Assembly (NCBI GenBank): GCA_050230475.1
Contig: JBFLGF010000035.1
Coordinates: 1-64,000, forward strand
DNA length: 64,000 nt
Origin: Ancylonema sp.
Taxonomy: Eukaryota
Direction of reading: 5' to 3'
Shown: piece after piece, positions 1 through 10,513 of the stretch
Layout of the letters: each line of letters begins with the position of its first letter
How positions within the stretch are numbered: the first letter of the stretch is position 1
Notes under the pieces: model-generated
What the model saw: the letters and a program-made list of their open reading frames with translations, nothing else
Databases searched by the model: none
What the model was told of the DNA's origin: nothing
Program-made: the position numbers and the translations under genes

Positions 1-2860
1 GACGACATCGTCGTGTGGAGCAACAATCTGGAGGAGCACCTACAACACCTGGAGCAGATCTTCCAGCGACTCAGGGAGGCCGGGCTGAAGGTCCACCTGG
101 GGACGTGCGTGTTTGGAGCTGACAGTATTGACTTCCTCGGCCATCGGATTTCGGCGGGGAAGTTGGAGCCGCAGACTGACAAGCTGGCGGCGGTGAGAGA
201 TCTTCCAGCGCCCACTGACCTCTCGGGGTTGAGAGCAGCGATGAGACTCTTCTCCTACTATCGCAAGTTCGCGGCGAGCTTTTCAGCACGATCGCCTTCC
301 CACTTAACTCTCTCCTAAAGAAAGACAGGCCATGGGTGTGGGGAGAGGCATAAGAAGCGGCATTTCTGGAGCTGAAAGAGCAGTTGTATGGAGCTGCCAT
401 TTTGCAGCTGCCGGACTCCTACATTCCGTTCATACTTACGACGGATTGGAGCCAGCGAGGCATGGGAGCTATTTTAAGTCAGGTGGGGAAAGATGGATTG
501 GAGCACCCCGTCTGCTTCGCATCACAGAGCTGCAACGCCGCCGAGCAGAACTACAGCACCTTTGAGTGTCTGGCAGTCGTGTGGGCCACCAGCCCTTTCA
601 GGCCGTACCCGTTCGGTAACTCTTTCCTCCTGGTCACCGACCACGAACCCCTTAAGTGGATCATGACTACAACCAAGCTCACGGGAAAGGTGGCAAGGTG
701 GAGCTTACTGCTCCAAGAGTACGACTTCACGGTGGAGCATCGGAAGGGGGTAGAAAACACAAACGCTGACTGTCTCAGCCGCTATCCCTTGCCATCCGAT
801 GCAAACGCCCCGTCCATGGACTGGTCTAAGGGGATGATCATGCCAGTGGCCACCTTCCTGGCATTTATGGTGGGGGTACCTCACGCAACCTTTGGGGGGG
901 GGGCGTTGGTATCCGAGGAGGAGAGGGACATCTGGATGGATGAAGCAGTACTGCGGTTCATTCAAACTCACAAGCACGGGAGTGGGCAGAGTGCCCGGGA
1001 GAGGGACAGAGTCTATCGACGCGCTAGGTCATACCGCTGGATGGGAGACAGCGTGTTTAGGCAGATGACCGGTGGCAAATTGGTAGTGGTACCCAGAGCG
1101 GCAGACAGGGACAACATAGTGCTGGAGACGCATCGGGGAATGGGTCACTATGGAGTGCAGCGGGTCCTGGACAGACTCCAACAGAACTACTGGTGGCGAG
1201 GCATGGGGGATGCCGTGGTGCGCATCATCAAGGCGTGCTTGTCGTGCGCGAGGGTAAAGGCGGGCTTCCGAGAGTCGGGAAAGGAGTTGCAACCGCTTCC
1301 CATTCGAGGCATGGGCTATAGATGGGGAGTAGATTTTGCAGGTCCCCTCGCCAAGACGCCGAGAGGGAATGAATGGATCCTCGTGTGCATAGAGCATTTC
1401 AACAAGTGGGTGGAGCTGATCCCGTTGCCGTCCAAGTCATCTGCCAACGCCGCGAGGGGGTTCTTGGAGGTGCTGAGTCGGTATGGGGCACCCGGGGAGG
1501 TGGTGACAGATAGAGGGGGAGAATTCCAAGTGGAGCTCAACGTGTTGCTGACAAAGCACGAGATAACTCACCGCCTGGCCTCGAGGGATCACCCGCAGGC
1601 AGACGGATTGGCGGAGAGAATGGTGCAAACCATGAAGAGGTCGTTGCGCAAGAGTCTTTGCGATGGGGGGGGGCTGCGATGGGACGAACTCCTACCCTAC
1701 GTGGCGATGGGGTACAGGATGTCAACACAAAAATCACTAGGGTACAGCCCATACTTTCAGTTGTTTGGACGAGACCCCATTTTCCAGGGAAGAGAGCCGA
1801 CAGATGAGCAGATGCAGGTCTTCCTTAGCAGCCGAGGCCAGACGTTTAGGAGGGTGTTGCCACTGGCCATGCGCAATTTGGCCATCGCGCAACAGAGGCA
1901 GAAGGAGCGGTACAGCCTGGTGCGAGGCGGGGAGTGGGCAAAACCGAAGGCGTCCTTCGCGGTCGGTGACTATGTGATGGTGAGGAGGGAAACCAAGAAC
2001 ACGTTGCAGGCGCCAGCACACCCCCATATACTACGCATAGTGGAGCTGAGAGCAAGTGGAGTGGTCATCCTGGAGGGGAGTGATGCAGCGAGGTGCACTA
2101 AGCAGATGAAAGATGTGGCACATTGTCCTCTTCCCATCTTGGATACAACGCCGCACCCGGGACGCTACTGGCGGGGCAAGTCAAAGCGATGTCAACAATG
2201 CAATCTACCAAGTGACGGAAAGAACATGGTGCTTTGTGATGGATGCCAAGAAGCTTACCATGTATATTGCATGAGGATCCCACTTCTTGCACCACCCAAA
2301 TGCTCATGGAAGTGTCATAAACATTGAGGTAAGCATTGACCCACTCTAACAATCATCATTGGGGGTATTCTCATTTCTCGAGCCCCATGATATGTTAGAT
2401 CTGGAGAAATCCCAACGGGTGGACCACTTTGTGGTGAACGACATAAGTCAAATTGATATATGGTTGTGTGTATACACCATACTCAATATAAACTCCAAAA
2501 GGGAGGTGGTAACTTTGATAATGTCTTCAACATCTTGATTTATTTCAATTGTTCGGACATGGGAAGGGCAATTTGATCAATTGCATAGCCCAAACATTAA
2601 TTCGAATAATTAATGCGATCGTTGGCCCCACCAAAATGCATTTTGGGGAAGCATTTTGGGGAGAGGTGTCCAATTCATCAACCCCATTTTTATACAAAAA
2701 TTTCACATTTTTTGACAATTTGGGAGTCACGTTGGGGGGTCATCCGTTGGGCCTTTCATGACAGGGTCATCGAGGCGGCGTGGGAATTCCAGCTCACACA
2801 ATTATTGCACAAAGTGCAAAGTTGTTGTCGCGTGGGCTCCGTCCCATCTTTGGGGGGGGA
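1..2860 (+). mobile_element. Ty3/Gypsy LTR retrotransposon, 3' part (RT C-terminus, RNase H, integrase, C-terminal PHD finger); disrupted, continues beyond the left edge
   Basis: Frame from base 1 reads DDIVVWS (RT YxDD end) then IDFLGH. There is a frameshift near 280 and an in-frame TAA at 351-353. ORF 384-2327 has RNase H (TDWSQRGMGAIL, VTDHEPL, ARWSLLLQEYDF), integrase HHCC (HRGMGH...CLSC) and DDE (VDFAGP, TDRGGEF, GLAERM). RT-RH-IN order is Gypsy type. The G-run at 2852-2860 is PPT-like. Confidence 0.95.
2190..2324 (+). other. PHD zinc finger (C4-H-C2-H variant) at the integrase C-terminus
   Basis: CQQC-x10-CDGC-x4-HVYC-x11-WKCHKH matches PHD spacing, including the W two residues before the seventh ligand. 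Confidence 0.85.
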
Positions 2861-3538
2861 GTAAGAAATAATTGCAATACTATATGCACATCGATTGTGT
2901 TGCGAATGGTATCTATGTTGGCTATCGTACTCGCACGTGTGTTGCGATCTACCTAGCGAACCAATGATGACACATTCACATTGCATTCACACACATTACG
3001 ACGCACGTATACAACGAGTCTTGTTAACGAGAGTTTCACACTGTACCTACACGATGCAATACAGCACGACATGGACTGTTCAGCAAAAGAATTCAGATAT
3101 GATGCAAACCCGAAAATGATGAAAAGGCACCTTCCACACAAAACAACGAAGGCGGGAAATTCTTCCAGTCCAATTCGACCCACTTGTCGGCCACCGACCG
3201 TATTCCGCGAATTCTATGAAATTCTGCGGTAAAATAAACCGCTACTGGTCGAAGCAGGCACAGTCAAACCTGGTTAATATTAGTGTCAACAAAAAAATCG
3301 GATTTTTTTTAGAATGATGTGTCCATAACCATGTAGTACGGCAGCGTACGGTACTATTCATCAATGCTGAAAATCTGCAGCCCAGGGTCCCAGCTTTTCC
3401 TGCTTGCATCTATTTGTTCTCAAGATCCGAGGCCAAGATGCGTCACTACCGCACGCCTGACAAGCAGTGGTTACACGGCCATCGTCAGTATATTTTCTAC
3501 CTTCCTGCACATCATTTTTACCAGCTCCTAGGACAAGT

Positions 3539-5443
3539 ATGGCTGGGAAAGTCATTGCGCTGTTCGACGTCGATGGCACGCTCACTCCAGCTCGCAAGGT
3601 TGCAACTCATGGACAGCATTGTCTTCCGCTTGGATGTATGCGGACACAATCGCCAGAACAGATAAATATTGGAATTTTGATGTGCAGTTGGTAAAGCCCA
3701 ACACGAAGGTGTCATCGCATTGTTGTAAATATAAAATCAAATTCCATTTGTGAACGAAGGAGATTGAACCGGAAATGAAGGACTTCATGCTGGAGCTTCG
3801 AAAGGTCATTTCGACTTTTTCAAAATAATTCACCCCTGCATAGTCAACTTAAAATTGGACCGCCGTTCGTGGTGTCGATTGTAAAAGTGGCTGCAGGGGG
3901 AGTGCATTTAGCACAAAGATGACGAAATTACCACCCCTTGTAACTAGCAAATAGTGTGCGCGCGTGAAGGAGTAGTTTCACATTTTCTTATTTTCCTTCT
4001 TAACGTTTTCGATCTAAATCGTGGACAGGTGGTCACGGTTGGAATCGTAGGAGGCTCTGATCTTTCCAAAATATCCGAGCAGCTCGGAAAAGACAGTATG
4101 TCGCCTTCCTCTCTCCTCAGCATTATACAAACAGGCATCTCTGACCTTGTCTCCTCACATCAAAGCGCAAACTCGCTCAGCTGCTGTGTGGCCTATATGT
4201 CACCAACCATGAAAATAAACCTTTTATGCTTTGTATTGTTCTCACAAAAAACCGAAGTCCCGCATCCTCTTCTTCTGTGCATTGCCTTTCTGCGGTCAGC
4301 ACTGACTTCGTACGACTACGTCTTCTCTGAAAACGGTCTGGTGGCTCACAAAGCTGGGGACCTGCTCGCCACCCAGGTACCTACCGTCTCTCGTCTGTTC
4401 CGCCTCCTCTGGGGAGACCAGAGCTCCAACAATGATGCACATAGATGAGAGTTAACAACGGTCTGTGCGCACTATTGTAAGGATGAGAGTAAGAGTATAC
4501 AAGTATAAACATGAGAGTATAAGAGTATGAGAGTATAAGAGTATAAGAGTATAAAAGTATAAATATGAGAGTATAAGAGTATAAGAGTATAAGAGTAAAA
4601 GAGAATAACAATAAACAGTGTGGCAGTATCATCATATAATTCGGGTGTTTAATGTGACTGTAAATGTTTGAGAGTTTTTTAGAGTGTAAGCAGTCATTCT
4701 CGCATCTGAGATCGCATTCCACATTTCCAGAAAATGCACATGCATGCTCTCTCGCTGCACTCTCTCAGTGTTTGAAGAAATTCCATGGCCGGAGCAGCCA
4801 CTCACTCCTCGGCTGACTGCAACTGCCCGTTTCTTTTGGTCGTTGGGTTTGGGAACGCAGAGTCTGAAGAAGCACCTCGGAGACGAGAAGCTGAAAGTGA
4901 GTGCAGCCTTGTATCCTGTGGGCATTGTGGCCAATGTGTGGCTGCCACCTGTCCTACGCAGTGCTGACACGGCTGCGTGGATGTGGTCAGGAATTCATCA
5001 ACTTTGTGCTCCACTACATTGCTGACCTAGACATTCCCGTGAAGAGGTACTGAGCACAGTCTGAGGAGAGAGGGCTTCAAGGATCATTGCGTTCAGAGGT
5101 TCCTGAAAGGAATGGGATGGGATGGGGATGAGGCTGGGTTGGGGTGTGGGGTGGGGGCGCAGAGGTACTTTCATCGAGTTTCGTATGGGCATGATCAATG
5201 TTTCACCCATAGGGCGCAACTGCAGCCAGGAGGAGCGGGACGAGTTCGAGCGCTACGATAAGGTACCACGTCAAGTGCTCTCACACCTGTGGTGGCATGT
5301 ATGCATGCATGCATGTGTGTGGGTGTGTGTGTGTGGGTGTGTGTGTGTTGATATTGGATGAATTATTATGATTATAATTAACAATTAATGAATTGATAAT
5401 TCTTTATCCTTATTTTTATTATTTTTATTATTGTTGTTGTTAA

Positions 5444-5481
<38 letters not shown>

Positions 5482-5516
5482 GATTTTTATTCCTATTATT
5501 CGTACTATTACTATTG

Positions 5517-5575
<59 letters not shown>

Positions 5576-6700
5576 ATTATTATTATGATTTTTATTATTA
5601 TTCTTATTCTTATTCTTATTCTTATTATTATTCTTATTCTTATTCTTCTTCTTATTCTTATTATTATCATTATTCTTATTCTTATTCTTATTCTTCTTCT
5701 TATTATTATTATTATTATTTTTATTATTATTATTCTCATCACTTTTATTACTATAATTATAGATATAATAATTTGATTCTTGTTATTGTTTTTGTTGTTG
5801 ATATTATCAACATTATTATTCCCATTTTTCTCACTATTATCATCACAATTATCATCACCACAATCATTATTTGAAGCTCCGTGTTGGTCCGCCCACTTCC
5901 CACTCCCTTCCTCCACTGGTCGCTGCTTCCAGGCTGCTCAAGTGCGCTCCAAAATGGTTTCCATTCTCGAGGAGAAGTTCGCACACTTGGGCCTCAAATT
6001 TTCCATCGGGGGTCAAATCAGCTTCGATGTGAGTGCCGGGGACGACAGCTGTCACCGTGGCTGTACTGAGAGAAGGAAAGAGCGAGAGAGCCTGAGAGAG
6101 CCTGAGGTATATGCAATGGATCGCATCCGCAGGTTGTCCCCGAAGGCTGGGACAAGACCTACTGCCTGCCGTTCGTAGAGAAGGAGTTTTCGACCATCCA
6201 CTTTTTTGGCGATAAGACCTACAAGGTGATGCGAATCGCTGGCCAGAAACCCCTCAACCATCGCTTATGGCTCACCCTCAGGATCTTCTGTTTGCCAAGG
6301 GGATGCACACACGCAGTAAACGTTGCTCCTGTGTGCTCCTCGTGCTCTTTCAGGGAGGGAACGACTTCGAAATCTTCTCCTCAGAAAAGACTGTAGGGCA
6401 TACAGGTAGGTCTTCATCCTCCTTTCCTTTCCCCTGCCCTTTACCCATGTCCCTTCCTCTTCCTCCCCCCCCCCCCTTTCCACTCTATCTTTGGTGGGCT
6501 GAACCATTTGTTGTTAATATCTAATGCAATGTGATATAATGTGATATGAACTCAGTACTGTCTGCATAAAAATAACACCCGAGCTTCCGATTCTTCTTTG
6601 TTTCTTCCCACCTTCAGTATTGTTGATGCTGATTTGTGCAGTGACGAGCCCGGCCAACACACGGAAGCAGTGCACAGAACTGTTTATGACGCTCAAATAA
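3539..6700 (+). CDS. PMM: Phosphomannomutase (eukaryotic HAD-family PMM/SEC53), 11 exons
   Basis: Joined GT-AG exons give [80 protein letters not shown] stop at 6698-6700. Confidence 0.95.
4486..4600. repeat. (GAGTATAA)n 8-bp tandem repeat in a PMM intron
   Basis: Repeated gagtataa/gagtatga units seen directly. Confidence 0.85.
5410..5870. repeat. Compound (TAT)n/(TATTCT)n microsatellite in a PMM intron
   Basis: Seen directly; accounts for the poly-Y/poly-I ORFs in the ORF track. Confidence 0.95.
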
Positions 6701-7476
6701 AGTGTGAGGTAGAACGAGTAGTGGAGACAACACTGAATATCTCAGTCTGTATGAATCGCCCGCTCTGTTTTTATTTACCAAAGACAAGTGGTCCTGAGGT
6801 GCGTAAAAAGGTAGAATTTTGTCGGTTTGAATCCAATCGCAGGAGCAGAGACTCGAATTGTATGGAATAGTGCATCAGGGAATAGTGTCGGTGACCCAAT
6901 ATCATATATTGACATACAGTTTGATCGGGTGATCTTATGAGGAAGACTGTTATCTTAATTCCAGAAATCCATGTATCGAAAGAAAAACCCCAGAGTGCAA
7001 AGCCTCAACTATAAGAAAGCAAAATCGCAGGTTCAGGTACTGAGATATGATCAACACAAAGCAGCAGAGGTATACAGGCAGGTCTGCGTGATTCCACAAC
7101 ATGTTTCGTAAGCTACCACATCAGGAGAACCTTCAAGGTTCACATGAGATCAAACTCCGCATGCCATTACACCATCATAGAAAAAATCAGTACACCCTGC
7201 AACATTACCAATACAGATACAATTATTTACACACACAACCTGCTGCCCGGACTTGTGAACAATAGAAGACCAGCCAGCACCTTCTTTACACGTTCATAAC
7301 GTGTTGCCGCATACGTCTTTACGGTACTTCAAAAGACGAGACGAGCACTCCCGGCATGCAAGATGTATATCTATATATATGCTGGTTCTAACAAATCCCC
7401 AAAAAATCTGCTCCTGTACAACAAAATGCCACCTTCCCGACCCCAATGGCGTGCCATCACCCCTTCAAGCTCCTCA

Positions 7477-9728
7477 TCATCGCCATCCCATTCCTCCATC
7501 CCCCTCCCCAAATTCGCCCACAAAGTCATAGAGCTCACTGTCCTCCCCCTCCCAAAAATCCTCCCCCGCACCATTCTCCCCCCTTCGCCCGTCCACCAAT
7601 CCCTCCAAAAAGTTGGAAGCATGTGCCTGTGCACGCCCAGCCTCCTCTGACACTTGCCCTCCCCCTCTCCCCAGCCCCAGCCCCAGCCCCAGCCCCGAAT
7701 TTTCTTGTACTTGCCCACTAACATCCGCAGTCTTTTCCACGGCCTTCTGAGCCCCATGCATCACCCCCCCTGCCCCTGCCCTGGCAGCAAACCTGGCTCG
7801 CCCCACCCCCTCTGATACCCCATTTGCGACAGCAGGCAAGCCTCCCCCCTCCACCTCCTTCTCCCCAACAGCCCCACGCCTTTCCTTCATTCCGAACCCC
7901 CCCCCATCCTCCACTTCGCCACAGTCCCACGCCTCCATGTCCTCCCCAGAGGGAACGGATAGACCTCCCACACTGTCATCCCTAGAAAACTGTTGCGCTC
8001 CTGGTCGGAACCGCAGCCCAATGGGGGCCCTGCTCGCACCTGTCTCTTTGCCGTGTGCAGCTTTTTCAGACGCCATTCCCAGATACACCTCGTCAGATAG
8101 CACCTCCACCGGCCCCTTCAGCTCCCCCTCATCCAGGCTAGACACCTCAAGTGTGGGCATGTCCCTGCCTAGAGCTGCTACCTCCTTCGCCACCCCCATC
8201 CCTCCAGCTGCCTCTCTGCCCACATCCCTCGAAACAGGGCGGGCTGTGGGCCCGTCACCTGTCGCAGGCTGGGTCCACAATCCTGGGGCCAGGATCTTCT
8301 GGCAGCAGAGCAACAGAAGGAGTATCGAGCAAAGGAGGAACCCGAGCACTGTCCAGACGGCGGCAGTCCAGCGAAGGAAAGTGAAGAGGTGAGTGAGTCC
8401 GAATAAGCTACTGGTCACGGTGAGAGTGGCGGAATATAGCTCTGGTAAACCCTCGGATGGCAACAGACCGGCCTTGGGAGCCAAAGAGATTCGGATTCCT
8501 GCGAGAGGAAGTATGGCCTCCTTGCTTCTGAGGACAACGAGGTCCAGTTGCTGACGCTCCTCGACAAAGCCTAGCGCGAGGGGAGCCCAGAGGAATATAG
8601 TGCGGAGGTAGCGAATCACAGAGGAGCGCCAGCGAAGCATGCATGGTACGGTGGAGTGAGCCAGGAGTTCCCCACCCACTGCAAGAGCCTCGGCAGATAC
8701 CTGGAAACGAGGGCAGACGGGGCGTGAATGATGGCACGAACAGAAACAAAGACAATGTCTGCTTCCTCGTTGGGGCTGACGAATGAATCACTGCCTGGTT
8801 TGCAGATTTGAGAAGTTTCAGATCGGAAGGAAAGAGATGCAAACATTGGCACCTCCCTCACAATGGCAAGCGACGGGAAAACTGTTGTTGGCAACAGTTT
8901 GAGACTCAGTTGCGTGTCACGTCAAGGAGCAATCCTACTGGGAGTTATTCATAATTGTCACGATACCTTCGATTGGTAAGCAGTGGAAAGAATTTGATGT
9001 GTACAACGAGGCGTGTCTACAAATTTACATCGACGTTTGTTATCTGCCACTGACGTAACAGCGGCATATCGAAAAAGTTATGATATGCGTAGTGTTGACC
9101 ACAGTGCCACAAATAACGATACATTTTACTTGATGTGCGCAAACACGATAATTGCAACAGCGTGCATGCAAAATCAGATAGAGCTAGTGCGTACACATAT
9201 TTTTGAAAAAAAATCGAAGTCGCAGCGACAGCAAACCTGAAACATGCCGAGCTGCAAGTTGTGGTCCGATTCTGGTAGCTTCAATTCCAGTGACGCCCGG
9301 TATACCCTTCCCCTGGGCAACAGGTGCGGCCCCGCTGCATGCCCCGGCCATTTCTCAGCTGCAGCTCGCGCACGTGACAATACATGGGCCGGCAAAAGCC
9401 ACATTTCTGCCGATGGGAGGGGCTGCCGATAATCGAAATGTAAAGGTCGCGAGGAATGGAATGTTCGCGGAATAAGCGTCCAGGAAAACATGCAAGCCAG
9501 AGAGGTCATCAAAGCGACGACAAGGGTGAGGCATAAGGCTGAGTAAGAGCAGGCGAGCAGTCCCCGACCCACAGTCCATCCTGAAACTGCTTGTTGAGGT
9601 CTGTCTTCGGCTCGGCCTACTGAAGGAGAGTCTTGCAAGTCCTCTGTAGAAATGGGAGAGGTAAAATGAGAATGTCCATCGACAAATTTTTCCACTTCGG
9701 GATACAAACTTGGTTTCTCGCCCGCCAT
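7477..9728 (-). CDS. SEIPIN: Seipin (lipid-droplet biogenesis protein), 2 exons (~9728-9237, ~8700-7477)
   Basis: TM1, then PLHFDY...LELKLPESDHNLQLGMFQ|VSAEAL...PCMLRWRS, PELYSA, TM2 and a long acidic/Gly-rich tail; canonical GT-AG intron. Confidence 0.9.
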
Positions 9729-10513
9729 GACGATAAGCTTGAAATCACCACTAGATCTTCAGCCGCTAGGAAGTGCAATTGCAAAAGTGATTTGCGTCGC
9801 GAGCGACGTGGTTTAGAGAGGCGATCATGTGTTGTGGTTGGGGCTACGTAACCAAGAACTTACTGTCTCTTCCTTTCGGCAAAGCACTGCTCTCTGCAAC
9901 GCTCCCTCCAGGAGCGGCGTCTTGCCAGCTGGAATTCCAGGTGTTTTGCCACCTAGCCATTTGCTTTATGTACACGTCACCATTCGAAGACTTCGCGCCG
10001 AACACATACACACTCTTGCGGCGCAACTTGTGGCTCTCGGCTTGTTTGGATAGGGGAAGGGAAATATTGTACGCACGCCAATGTTGGATATCTGCACGCG
10101 AGGCGCAATGATATACCGTTCGTTGCCGCGCTCGATCGATTCTTTGCTGCCGAACCACAGACGACGCTAAAGTGACTTTAGCGTGCTGTACGGTGTTTAG
10201 CGGCGGAGCACGGCACCCTCTCGGGGAACCGCTTTGTCGAGGAACCGCTCGTTTTGCCTTCTTTATGGCGCAAATCACCCTGAGTCCTGTGGTTTCTTTT
10301 AGCAAAAAAATATAGCAAGGCTGAATACCTTGTCCGATGCTCTGCGCCATTGGTAACCAACGTCACAGAGTTGCCTCTGAGCGCACACAGAAGGAGCTAT
10401 TTTACGTGCGAACAGTGCGGAAAGAAAATTAGATTCGTGCACGGGGTTCCTGACGTGTCTGGTCACGCAGACTCCGTCGTGTGCTAAAAAGAAGCGCAAT
10501 TAGTCTTGAAAAC
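9729..10513. promoter_or_regulatory. Probable divergent promoter region, seipin (-) / DnaJ (+)
   Basis: Head-to-head start codons ~785 bp apart; inferred from geometry only. Confidence 0.45.

Noticed and set aside
5431..5916. Poly-Tyr/poly-Ile ORFs
   Set aside because: Translations of an intronic (TAT)n microsatellite.
9844..10350. 168-aa ORF between seipin and DnaJ
   Set aside because: No recognisable domain; lies in the promoter/5' UTR interval.
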